A stretch of 32,000 nt of DNA from Gammaproteobacteria bacterium (GTDB lineage Bacteria > Pseudomonadota > Gammaproteobacteria > JBIOEC01). Shown piece by piece: positions 1-9,741 of this stretch. The notes under the pieces were generated by a model. The model was given only the letters and a program-made list of their open reading frames with translations. It was not told the DNA's origin and searched no databases. Numbering within the stretch: the first letter of the stretch is position 1; every line of letters starts with the position of its first letter. The stretch lies in assembly GCA_965279305.1 (NCBI GenBank), contig OZ257143.1, positions 930,001 to 962,000 of the forward strand, in the 5' to 3' direction. A program made the translations under genes and the position numbers.

Positions 1-2
1 CT

Positions 3-1205
<1,203 letters not shown>

Positions 1206-1210
1206 ATATC

Positions 1211-1257
1211 ACCTCTCCCCTTGAGGGAGAGGTCGGCATCCCTTCTTAGGGAAGCCG
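1211..1257. repeat. Two adjacent GC-rich hairpins (REP-like element and/or thiC terminator).
   Basis: Hairpin 1 pairs acctctccc (1211-1219) with gggagaggt (1225-1233), a perfect 9 bp stem with a 5-nt loop. Hairpin 2 pairs cggcatccc (1234-1242) with gggaagccg (1249-1257), 8/9 bp with a 6-nt loop. No U-tract follows. Confidence 0.5.
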
Positions 1258-1304
1258 GGTGAGGGGTATCCAATACGGCTAGGTGAGACAAGGAAGAAAT
1301 AAGA

Positions 1305-3203
1305 ATGAGTGCAAAGAAGAGCAATCAAACATATAACGCGGAAGCGATTGAAGTACTAACAGGCTTAGAGCCTGTACAAAAACGTCCGGGGATGTATACC
1401 GATACCTCCAGACCTAATCACTTGGCTCAAGAAGTCATCGACAATAGTGTGGATGAAGCATTAGCTGGCTATGCCACTCGCGTAGAAGTCATTTTACATT
1501 CCGATGGTTCACTCGAAGTGAGTGATGATGGTCGCGGTATGCCCGTAGACATTCACCCAGAACAAAAAATGCCTGGTGTGGAAGTGATTCTAACCAAACT
1601 TCATGCGGGTGGTAAGTTCTCTCAAAAAAATTATCAATTCTCAGGTGGTTTACACGGTGTGGGTGTTTCCGTAGTAAATGCCTTGTCTTCCAAGCTTATT
1701 GTTACAGTCAAGCGTGATGGTAAGTTATATCAAATGGAATTTGCGCATGGTGATCGTACCAAACCATTAAAGGTGATTGGCAGCGTAGATAAAGATGAAA
1801 CAGGAACGGCACTGCGTTTTTGGCCTGAATCTAAATATTTCGATTCTGATAAATTTTCGGTTACTAAGTTAAAACATATTTTACGTGCTAAAGCCGTATT
1901 ATGCTCTGGTTTATACGTTAAATTTACCGATGAAAAAACTGGTGAAGTAGATGAGTGGCATTACCAACAAGGTTTATCCGATTATTTATTAAGCGCTTTA
2001 CAAGGCCAAGAAATTATTCCAGCAGAGCCATTTTCAGGTTCTTTATCAGCAGAAACCGAAAGCGTAGACTGGGCATTAGCTTGGTCAGTAGATGGCGGCG
2101 AAGGTTTAGCCGAAAGCTATGTGAATTTAATTCCTACCTTACAAGGTGGAACGCATGTGAATGGTTTACGTACGGGAATGTCAGATGCAATCAGAGATTT
2201 TTGCGAGCTACGTGATTTATTACCTAGAGGTGTAAAACTAGCGCCGGAAGATGTGTGGGAACGCTGTCAATATGTTTTATCTGTCAAAATTCAAGAACCT
2301 CAATTTGCCAGCCAAACCAAAGAGCGCTTAACATCCCGCGAATGTGCTGCATTCGTATCCGGAGTGGTAAAAGACGCGTTAAGTTTATGGTTAAATCAAA
2401 ATGTGAGCGTGGGCGAACAAATTGCAGCATTAGCGATTGATCGCGCTCAGCAGCGTTTAAAAGCCAGCAAAATGATATCGCGTAAGAAAATTACGTCTGG
2501 ACCTGCACTACCTGGTAAATTAGCGGATTGCTCAGGTCAAGATGCCAAACGCGCTGAATTATTTTTAGTAGAAGGTGATTCTGCGGGCGGCTCTGCAAAG
2601 CAAGCACGTGATCGAGAATTTCAAGCAGTGATGCCGTTACGTGGGAAAATTTTAAATACATGGGAAGTCAACGGTGATGAGATTTTAGGATCACAAGAGG
2701 TACATGATATTTCAGTAGCGATGGGAATTGATCCTGGCGTTAAAGATTTAGAAGGTTTGCGTTATCACAAAGTGTGTATTTTAGCAGATGCAGATTCAGA
2801 TGGATTGCATATTGCTACTTTATTGTGCGCATTATTTTACAAACATTTCCCTGCATTAGTAGACGCAGGTCATGTTTATGTGGCTATGCCGCCTTTATAT
2901 CGTATTGATGTGGGTAAAGAAGTGTATTACGCATTAGATGAAGCTGAAAAACAAGGCATTTTAGATAGATTAAGTGCTGAGAAAAAAACCAAACCGAATG
3001 TTCAACGCTTTAAAGGATTAGGCGAAATGAATCCACTGCAATTAAGAGAAACTACTATGGCGGTGGATACTCGTCGCTTAGTGCAGTTAACGGTAGAAAG
3101 TGCCTCAGATACTACAAAATTAATGGATATGTTGCTATCTAAGAAACGTGCAAACGATCGTAAACAATGGTTAGAAGACAAAGGTCATTTAGCCGAAGTA
3201 TAA
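1305..3203 (+). CDS. parE: DNA topoisomerase IV subunit B.
   Basis: GHKL ATPase N-terminus (YNAEAIEVLTGLEPVQKRPGMYTD, EVIDNSVDEALAG). Toprim motif LFLVEGDSAGGSAKQARDR. The 632-aa length is typical of ParE rather than GyrB. SD aaggaag lies upstream and parC lies downstream. Confidence 0.92.
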   Translation: MSAKKSNQTYNAEAIEVLTGLEPVQKRPGMYTDTSRPNHLAQEVIDNSVDEALAGYATRVEVILHSDGSLEVSDDGRGMPVDIHPEQKMPGVEVILTKLHAGGKFSQKNYQFSGGLHGVGVSVVNALSSKLIVTVKRDGKLYQMEFAHGDRTKPLKVIGSVDKDETGTALRFWPESKYFDSDKFSVTKLKHILRAKAVLCSGLYVKFTDEKTGEVDEWHYQQGLSDYLLSALQGQEIIPAEPFSGSLSAETESVDWALAWSVDGGEGLAESYVNLIPTLQGGTHVNGLRTGMSDAIRDFCELRDLLPRGVKLAPEDVWERCQYVLSVKIQEPQFASQTKERLTSRECAAFVSGVVKDALSLWLNQNVSVGEQIAALAIDRAQQRLKASKMISRKKITSGPALPGKLADCSGQDAKRAELFLVEGDSAGGSAKQARDREFQAVMPLRGKILNTWEVNGDEILGSQEVHDISVAMGIDPGVKDLEGLRYHKVCILADADSDGLHIATLLCALFYKHFPALVDAGHVYVAMPPLYRIDVGKEVYYALDEAEKQGILDRLSAEKKTKPNVQRFKGLGEMNPLQLRETTMAVDTRRLVQLTVESASDTTKLMDMLLSKKRANDRKQWLEDKGHLAEV

Positions 3204-3222
3204 AATATGGGTAGGAGTAAAT

Positions 3223-3747
3223 ATGTTAAAAGAACAACCTAAAGATTTAAGAGAATTTATTGATGTTATTTTAGATTTTCCAAAACCAGGTATTAGTTTT
3301 AAAGATATAACACCCTTATTAAAACATCATTTTAAAGAAACGATTGATGTATTAGAATCACTTTTTACACCAGAAGAATGGGCAAAAGTGGATTATTTAA
3401 CCGGCATTGAAGCTCGCGGTTTTATTTTTGCAGCAGGATTGGCAGAGCGTTTAGGTAAAGGCTTGGTTTTGATACGAAAAGAAGGCAAACTTCCAGGCAA
3501 AACAAGTCGCTTGGAATATGAATTAGAATATGGCCAAACTATTTTAGAAATGTATTCAGGACAAGGAAATTTATTGATTGTAGATGATGTGCTGGCTACC
3601 GGTGGCACATTAAAAACATCGGCTGATTTGGCCACGCAAGTAGGATATAAAGTGGTAGGATTTGCAGTATTAATTAATTTAGTTTATTTAAATCAGTTTA
3701 ATTGGAATGGCATTACGCCACGTGCAGCAATGGAATTTGAACAGTAA
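3223..3747 (+). CDS. apt: Adenine phosphoribosyltransferase.
   Basis: 174 aa, with FKDITPLL and the PRPP-binding loop LLIVDDVLATGGT. SD aggag lies 6 nt upstream of the ATG. Confidence 0.88.
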   Translation: MLKEQPKDLREFIDVILDFPKPGISFKDITPLLKHHFKETIDVLESLFTPEEWAKVDYLTGIEARGFIFAAGLAERLGKGLVLIRKEGKLPGKTSRLEYELEYGQTILEMYSGQGNLLIVDDVLATGGTLKTSADLATQVGYKVVGFAVLINLVYLNQFNWNGITPRAAMEFEQ

Positions 3748-3765
3748 AGAGATTAAGGGATTACA

Positions 3766-6039
3766 ATGGCTAAGAATAAAAAACCGCCAGCAAAAGAAAA
3801 TATATTAGTTGTTGCGGCGCCTGAGCATGAGTCGTTAAAGTCATTTGCTGAACGTGCTTATCTTAATTATTCTATGTACGTTATTTTAGATCGTGCATTG
3901 CCTCATATCGCTGATGGTTTAAAGCCTGTTCAACGACGCATTATTTATGCCATGTCAGAATTAGGTTTAAAAGCCACTGCCAAATATAAAAAATCGGCTC
4001 GTACGGTGGGTGACGTGCTCGGTAAATTCCATCCTCATGGTGATACGGCGTGTTACGAAGCCATGGTATTAATGGCGCAGCCTTTTAGTTATCGTTATCC
4101 GTTAGTGGATGGCCAAGGTAACTGGGGATCGCTAGATGATCCTAAATCATTTGCTGCAATGCGTTACACGGAATCGCGTTTATCACATTTTGCTGAAATA
4201 TTATTGAGTGAATTAGAGCATGGTACGGTTGATTGGACATTAAACTTTGATGGTACCTTAGAAGAACCTTTACATTTACCAGCACAATTACCCCATGTCT
4301 TATTAAATGGTACCACGGGTATTGCGGTAGGTATGGCTACCGATATTCCTCCTCACAACGTTCGCGAAATAGTCAATGCGTGTATTAAATTATTAGATAA
4401 TCCTAAAACATCGATTAAAGCCTTATGCGAAATTGTATTAGGCCCTGATTTCCCTACCTCTGCAGAAATTATTACGCCTAGAAAAGAATTACAACAAATG
4501 TATGAAACCGGAAATGGTTCATTAAAAATGCGAGCGGTGTATCGTCAAGAAGAAGATGAAATTGTCATTGATGGTTTGCCGCACCAAGTATCAGGCGGCA
4601 AAGTGCTAGAGCAAATTGCGGCACAAATGCAAAATAAAAAATTGCCGCAAGTAGCCGATTTACGTGATGAATCTGATCATGAAAACCCCGTGCGTTTAGT
4701 GATTATTCCTCGTTCTAATCGAGTGGATATAGAAGAATTGATGAGTCATTTATTTGCCACTACGGATTTAGAACGCAGTTATCGCGTAAATTTAAATATG
4801 ATTGGTTTAGATGGCCGACCACAAGTGAAAAACTTGTCTATGATTTTAAATGAATGGATCACCTATCGCCGTCAAACCATTACTCGTCGCTTGCAATATC
4901 GTTTAGATAAAGTGCTTGCGCGTATTCATATTTTAGATGGTTTATTGATTGCTTTTTTGAGTATTGATGAAGTTATTAAAATTATTCGTAAAGAAGATGA
5001 ACCTAAGCCTAAGTTAATGGCTAAATTTAAATTAACGGATATTCAAGCAGAAGCAATTTTAGAATTAAAATTACGCCATTTAGCGAAACTTGAAGAGCAG
5101 AAAATTCGTGGCGAACAAGATGAATTAGACAAAGAAAGAAAAGCCTTACAAAAAATATTAGGTTCAGCGGCAGAATTAGATAAATTATTACGTAAAGAAT
5201 TATTAGCGATGGCCGACCGATTTGGTGATGCACGCCGCTCTCCTATTGTAGAAAGAGCAGAAGCCCAAGCGATTTCAGAAACTGAGCGTTTACCCGTTGA
5301 GCCTGTTAGCGTGATTTTATCCACTAAAGGCTGGATACGCTCTGCCAAAGGTCATGAAGTGGATGGTACTGCTTTAAGCTATAAAGCCGGCGATCAATTT
5401 TTACAAATGGTACAAGGGCGCAGTAATGAGCCTTTAGTGTGCGTAGATAGCACAGGGCGTACGTATACCTTACAAATTAGCCAACTCCCATCTGCAAGGG
5501 GTTACGGCGAACCTTTAACGAGTCATTTAAATCCTCCTCCTGGGGCTGAATTTACGGGCATGATATTGGATGGTGAACACAGAGTGGCTTTAGTATCGTC
5601 CTTTGGATACGGCTTCTCAGCACCTTTTGAAGAGCTTGTGAGCAAAAACCGGAATGGTAAACAAGTACTGAAAGTGCCTGAAGGCGCACGCGCATTAATG
5701 CCTGTATTGCTGCCTAAAGGGGATAAAGCCCAAATTGCACTGCTGACTCGCCAAGGGCGATTATTAGTGGTACCGGCCCACGACTTGCCTGAATTGGCGC
5801 GGGGTAAGGGTAATAAACTCATTAATTTACACAAACCAGATTTAGCAGATGGTACCGATGCCGTAGTTGCTATGGTCTGTTTAAAACCTTCAGAAGGCCT
5901 GTTAATCGCTGCTAGTGGTAAAGAATTGGCACTTAAAGGGGCTGAATTAGCACATTATCACGGTGAATTTGCGCAACGCGGTAACAAGCTGCCTAAGGCT
6001 TATCAATCTGCTACGGGTCTATCTATTTTAGCCGAATAA
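3766..6039 (+). CDS. parC: DNA topoisomerase IV subunit A.
   Basis: [23 protein letters not shown] and the catalytic-Tyr segment [11 protein letters not shown]. The 757-aa length is ParC-like rather than GyrA-like. SD aaggga lies upstream. Confidence 0.92.
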   Translation: MAKNKKPPAKENILVVAAPEHESLKSFAERAYLNYSMYVILDRALPHIADGLKPVQRRIIYAMSELGLKATAKYKKSARTVGDVLGKFHPHGDTACYEAMVLMAQPFSYRYPLVDGQGNWGSLDDPKSFAAMRYTESRLSHFAEILLSELEHGTVDWTLNFDGTLEEPLHLPAQLPHVLLNGTTGIAVGMATDIPPHNVREIVNACIKLLDNPKTSIKALCEIVLGPDFPTSAEIITPRKELQQMYETGNGSLKMRAVYRQEEDEIVIDGLPHQVSGGKVLEQIAAQMQNKKLPQVADLRDESDHENPVRLVIIPRSNRVDIEELMSHLFATTDLERSYRVNLNMIGLDGRPQVKNLSMILNEWITYRRQTITRRLQYRLDKVLARIHILDGLLIAFLSIDEVIKIIRKEDEPKPKLMAKFKLTDIQAEAILELKLRHLAKLEEQKIRGEQDELDKERKALQKILGSAAELDKLLRKELLAMADRFGDARRSPIVERAEAQAISETERLPVEPVSVILSTKGWIRSAKGHEVDGTALSYKAGDQFLQMVQGRSNEPLVCVDSTGRTYTLQISQLPSARGYGEPLTSHLNPPPGAEFTGMILDGEHRVALVSSFGYGFSAPFEELVSKNRNGKQVLKVPEGARALMPVLLPKGDKAQIALLTRQGRLLVVPAHDLPELARGKGNKLINLHKPDLADGTDAVVAMVCLKPSEGLLIAASGKELALKGAELAHYHGEFAQRGNKLPKAYQSATGLSILAE

Positions 6040-6065
6040 ATATAGGGTTTTCCCTTGGTTTGGTA

Positions 6066-6089
6066 AGAAAAAATAGCGGTATTTTTTCT
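6066..6089 (+). terminator. Possible weak intrinsic terminator after parC.
   Basis: agaaaaaata (6066-6075) pairs with tattttttct (6080-6089), with loop gcgg. The stem is almost entirely A/T, so stability is low. Confidence 0.3.
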
Positions 6090-6096
6090 AATCGTA

Positions 6097-6152
6097 TAGA
6101 CTTTTATACATTAAGCCTCCTATAATTACGACTTAGTTCTCGTTTTGAGAAC
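6097..6152 (+). promoter_or_regulatory. Candidate TetR-gene promoter (tagact-18 nt-TATAAT) with an operator-like palindrome just downstream.
   Basis: TATAAT at 6121-6126 and a -35-like tagact at 6097-6102. The palindrome gttctc-N5-gagaac (6136-6152) sits 10-26 nt downstream of the -10, the usual position of an autoregulatory TetR operator. Confidence 0.35.
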
Positions 6153-6174
6153 ATTATAGTAATTTGAAGTAGCT

Positions 6175-6228
6175 GTTGTTGTAAGCGTGACGAATCGGTG
6201 GATTAACACCGACCCGTCACTCAACAAC
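6175..6228 (+). other. 54-nt imperfect multi-stem hairpin in the leader of the TetR gene.
   Basis: Three nested complementary blocks: gttgttg (6175-6181)/caacaac (6222-6228), gtgacg (6187-6192)/cgtcac (6215-6220) and cggtg (6196-6200)/caccg (6207-6211). The apical loop is gattaa. Confidence 0.45.
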
Positions 6229-6249
6229 GCTTGATTGGGGAACCAAGCG

Positions 6250-6858
6250 ATGTCTAACTGTATTTTAGCAAACCACTCGGTAGGTAAACAAGCCTCAGAA
6301 GGCCCAAAAGATTCTACTCGCGTAGAATTAGCGGCTTGTGCTGCTCGTTTTTTCTCAGAACGTGGATATCATGGCACTTCAACGCAATCAATTGCTCAAC
6401 AGTGCAATATACGCAAGGCTAGCTTATTCCATCATTATAAAACCAAAGAAGATATTGCTTTAGCTGCTATTCAATATGTTCAAAGAGAATGTGGAACCCA
6501 TATTTTTAAAGAAGCCGAAAATACCGAGCAAGATCCTAAATACCGTATTTCAAACTTTTTAAAAGCTGCCGAATGTTTTTTTACAGAGCGTGTTGATGCT
6601 TTATTGCCTATCATGTTAGCTTTAGAATTAAGCGAAGAAAAAATGTTCGAAGAGCCTATTGCCGTTTATTTTCGTGCATGGACAGATGCCATCACTCGCT
6701 TATTAGTTCCTGTATGCAAAAGCACAGATGCTGCAGAAAAACTAGCAGAAGAAAGCGTGAGACGAATTCAAGGCGCTTTAGTCACTGCTAGAATTCAGAA
6801 AAGCAAACAGCCTATTGCTGATTTAACTTCTGATCTTCAACGCATGTGGTCGTTATAA
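6250..6858 (+). CDS. TetR/AcrR-family transcriptional regulator.
   Basis: N-terminal HTH signature ELAACAARFFSERGYHGTSTQSIAQQCNIRKASLFHHYKTKEDI, followed by an all-helical, non-conserved ligand domain. The start is taken as the ATG at 6250; the ORF track's TTG at 6235 is an alternative. Confidence 0.8.
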   Translation: MSNCILANHSVGKQASEGPKDSTRVELAACAARFFSERGYHGTSTQSIAQQCNIRKASLFHHYKTKEDIALAAIQYVQRECGTHIFKEAENTEQDPKYRISNFLKAAECFFTERVDALLPIMLALELSEEKMFEEPIAVYFRAWTDAITRLLVPVCKSTDAAEKLAEESVRRIQGALVTARIQKSKQPIADLTSDLQRMWSL

Positions 6859-6934
6859 TTCTCTACTCTCGTTATTCTCGCAATGACAACCCCTTCCTAG
6901 TATAATCTTTTTTCCATTTACGGAAAAAATTCTT

Positions 6935-7210
6935 ATGGAAAAAACAGGGCGGCATAAAAGTTTAGATAAAGATCTGAAACGCTCTGTGCTGTGGCTAAAA
7001 AGTTTTGACTGTGTGGCAAAAGTGGTTATTAGTATTTCAGAATCTTGTCGGCATCATTATCCCCCAGGAACAATACGTTGGAAAATGGATGCGCCAGGTG
7101 GCTTTAAAGCGAATGGGTATTCGGGTAAAGGCGTGACTGATTTATTTATCAAAATAGAACCCATTGAGAAAAGAGAATACATCAAAGAGCAGATCAAAGA
7201 ACGTTTCTAA
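6935..7210 (+). CDS. Small hypothetical protein (91 aa).
   Basis: Intact ORF in an otherwise empty interval. The basic N-terminus and the GGFKANGYSGKGVTDLFI core vaguely recall the small 'predicted metal-binding' DUF2103-type proteins. That is recollection only and needs an HMM search. The SD is weak. Confidence 0.5.
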   Translation: MEKTGRHKSLDKDLKRSVLWLKSFDCVAKVVISISESCRHHYPPGTIRWKMDAPGGFKANGYSGKGVTDLFIKIEPIEKREYIKEQIKERF

Positions 7211-7221
7211 AGATAAGGAAT

Positions 7222-7309
7222 GGGGTCAAGTCTTGACATTTGACATTAGGATTTCTTATTTCTTTGTAGAGATCTGAATAACCAATGTCAAATGTCAAGA
7301 CTTGACCCC
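7222..7309. repeat. 88-bp element with perfect 26-bp inverted arms (MITE-like, oversized terminator or regulator-binding module).
   Basis: ggggtcaagtcttgacatttgacatt (7222-7247) is the exact reverse complement of aatgtcaaatgtcaagacttgacccc (7284-7309), with a 36-nt spacer. Each arm contains a tandem TTGACAT TTGACAT. The right arm is followed by ttttct and then TATAAT (7320-7325) ahead of glmM. Confidence 0.7.
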
Positions 7310-7347
7310 TTTTCTCGCCTATAATAAGTCTCGGAGAATAATAAATT

Positions 7348-8694
7348 ATGACAAAAGTGCGTCACTATTTTGGAACGGATGGTATTCGTGGGCGCGTCGG
7401 TGAGCAGCCTATTACCGCTGAGTTTGCATTAAAGCTCGGTTGGGCAGTGGGTCGCGTTATGGCAAATCGAAAAGGCGGTAAAGCGCTGATTGCCAAAGAT
7501 ACTCGCATTTCTGGTTATATGTTTGAATCTGCTCTAGAAGCCGGCTTATCTGCTGCAGGCGTTGATATTCAACTGATTGGGCCTATGCCCACTCCGGGTT
7601 TAGCTCATCTTACACGTACCCTACATGCTGATATTGGCATTATGATTAGTGCTTCGCATAATCCATATTATGATAACGGGTTTAAATTTTTTACTGATCA
7701 AGGTTTTAAATTACCCGATGCTACCGAAGCCAATATAGAAAAAATGTTAGCCAAGCCTTTAGTCACCGTTTCTTCTGAAAAACTCGGTCGTGCTTCACGA
7801 TTAAATGATGCAGCTGAGCGCTATATTGAATTTTGCAAAGCATCAGTACCGGATTTAAAAGGTTTAAATGGGCTCAAAATAGTCGTTGATTGCGCGAATG
7901 GTGCTACTTATCATGTGGGTCCTGATGTGATGCGTGAGTTAGGCGCTACCGTTTTTCCTATTCATAATAAGCCTGATGGTTTAAATATTAATGAAGATTG
8001 CGGGAGCTTACATCCCAAAAGCTTACAAAAAGCGGTGTTAGCGCATAAAGCCGATGTTGGCATTGCATTTGATGGCGATGGTGACAGAGTAATTATGGTC
8101 GATCACAAAGGTGAAGTATTAGATGGAGATGAATTGCTATTTGTTATTGCGCATGAACATTGGTTACACAAACGCTTGAAAGGCGGAATAGTGGGAACTG
8201 TGATGACGAATATGGGTATGGAAAATACTTTGAAAGCCTTAGATATTCCTTTTGCTCGCGCTAAAGTGGGTGATCGTTATGTATTGGAGCAATTGCGAAA
8301 AAAAGGTTGGACATTAGGTGGTGAAAGTTCAGGGCATATTATTTCATTGGATGTAGCAACTACTGGTGACGGTATTATTGCGGCGTTACAAGTGTTATAT
8401 GCGATGACTAGCAGCGGTAATCGTTTGCATGATTTGAAACAGCATATGAAAAAATATCCGCAAGCCATGAAAAATGTGAGAATCAAAAAGAATGCAGCTA
8501 AAATTTTAGAGAGTAAAGCCGTAAAATCAGCAGTGGTTGCAGCAGAAAAAGAATTAAAAAATAAAGGCCGCGTACTATTGCGAGCATCAGGCACTGAACC
8601 TGTGGTGCGAGTAATGGTAGAAGGCGAAGACCCATTACTGGTCACTCGCCTTGTTGAGCAATTAGAAAAAATCGTTATCAAAGCCGCTAAATAG
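7348..8694 (+). CDS. glmM: Phosphoglucosamine mutase.
   Basis: [10 protein letters not shown]-terminus, phosphoserine loop [15 protein letters not shown] and metal loop FDGDGDR. 448 aa, with SD ggag upstream. Confidence 0.93.
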   Translation: MTKVRHYFGTDGIRGRVGEQPITAEFALKLGWAVGRVMANRKGGKALIAKDTRISGYMFESALEAGLSAAGVDIQLIGPMPTPGLAHLTRTLHADIGIMISASHNPYYDNGFKFFTDQGFKLPDATEANIEKMLAKPLVTVSSEKLGRASRLNDAAERYIEFCKASVPDLKGLNGLKIVVDCANGATYHVGPDVMRELGATVFPIHNKPDGLNINEDCGSLHPKSLQKAVLAHKADVGIAFDGDGDRVIMVDHKGEVLDGDELLFVIAHEHWLHKRLKGGIVGTVMTNMGMENTLKALDIPFARAKVGDRYVLEQLRKKGWTLGGESSGHIISLDVATTGDGIIAALQVLYAMTSSGNRLHDLKQHMKKYPQAMKNVRIKKNAAKILESKAVKSAVVAAEKELKNKGRVLLRASGTEPVVRVMVEGEDPLLVTRLVEQLEKIVIKAAK

Positions 8695-8697
8695 TTG

Positions 8698-9714
8698 TTA
8701 TGTAGCAACAGGAGGAGCAGCGCCTGTTTCGGGCGATCTTGAAGCAGGTCTAGGTGGTGTTGTACTATTTTCGGATCTAAATTCGGTACGTAATTTAGAT
8801 TTCCATTCTGAGATGGCCTTCCCTGCATTAGAATGGATTTGAATATCGCTTGTATTTTCAAACATCAGTTCTCTTGTTGTTTTATCTTTCCACAATGCAT
8901 GAAGCATTAAATAGACTAGGGAACTTGTTTTGTATGGCAGGTAATGTTTTTCATTAACATAAGTGTGAATCAATAGAAAGCAGGCTTCGCCTGTTTTACA
9001 ATTAGTAACCTTGTCCGTAAAAGCTTGTTTTTTATTTGAATCATCACCGTATGCTTGTGCCACTCTTTGTAAAATAGGAAGTAACTCACGTTGATATTCT
9101 GCGTCCATTCTCGCACTAGTTGATGCTGCATCGTTTTTCCCGAAAGGCATTAAACGTTGAAGTTTTAAGTTTATCTTGACCTGATATTCAGGGAACCAGC
9201 CTAATGCCTTTGAACAGACTGCTGCTCGAATAGATTTAATTACTTTTTGAAAAATATCTTGAATATTACTATCGGTTGTGGGCGATGGAGAAGTGGTAGG
9301 ATTCCAAGCATCAAAAAAATCAAACATTTTATCTTTATCAGAGAACTTTTTTTGAAGCTTCTCTAATTCATTTAAAATAATAAGAGCGTAGAGTATGTAT
9401 TCAGTAATATGAGTGGCTAGTACTGTTTCCGCATTTGTATCTTCTAATTTTGGTTTTAAATAATTACTTACCCAAAATAGAACGAGTTCATTTAAAACAG
9501 TTTTAAAATCTTCGTTATTGAGAAGAAGAGTTTGGCTAAATGGATTTCTAACTATACTCTGGTGTTCTGTTAAGGAAAAGTCAGATTTCTCAAGTAAAGA
9601 GATGATAGTTATTTCAAAAGGTTTTAAATCTAAGTTTTTAGGTTCGTACTCGAAAAATTTTTTCCAATGGTCTCCATGGGTTTTAATAAAATCAGTTTGC
9701 TTTTCTGTCAACAT
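8698..9714 (-). CDS. Orphan hypothetical protein (338 aa), AT-rich gene, with a Pro/Ser/Thr/Ala-rich C-terminal tail.
   Basis: Long intact ORF with a good SD (aaaagga, 7-8 nt before the ATG) and a TATAAT in the 27-nt gap after epmB. I recognise no family motif. It contains NPTTSPSPTTDS and ends in ...RSENSTTPPRPASRSPETGAAPPVAT. Confidence 0.65.
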   Translation of the reverse strand: MLTEKQTDFIKTHGDHWKKFFEYEPKNLDLKPFEITIISLLEKSDFSLTEHQSIVRNPFSQTLLLNNEDFKTVLNELVLFWVSNYLKPKLEDTNAETVLATHITEYILYALIILNELEKLQKKFSDKDKMFDFFDAWNPTTSPSPTTDSNIQDIFQKVIKSIRAAVCSKALGWFPEYQVKINLKLQRLMPFGKNDAASTSARMDAEYQRELLPILQRVAQAYGDDSNKKQAFTDKVTNCKTGEACFLLIHTYVNEKHYLPYKTSSLVYLMLHALWKDKTTRELMFENTSDIQIHSNAGKAISEWKSKLRTEFRSENSTTPPRPASRSPETGAAPPVAT

Positions 9715-9741
9715 ATTTAAGTCCTTTTGCTAATATTATAT

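Noticed and set aside
1955-5834. Track ORFs 1955-2215(+), 2255-2440(+), 3393-3635(-), 5027-5233(-), 5043-5348(-) and 5523-5834(-).
   Set aside because: All lie entirely inside parE, apt or parC, in alternative or antisense frames. Their translations are low-complexity and Arg/Ser/Ile-rich, with no start context. The overlapping genes are unambiguous.
8277-8861. 194-aa minus-strand ORF spanning the glmM 3' end and the tail of the 338-aa orphan.
   Set aside because: It is antisense to a strongly supported glmM and out of frame with the orphan. It has no SD and its composition looks like a shadow ORF.
9715-9741. Possible PmrA-type (tandem TTAATATT-like) regulatory site in the AT-rich spacer before the 338-aa orphan.
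   Set aside because: Only one loose half-site (taatatt) is present. In DNA this AT-rich, such a match is expected by chance.
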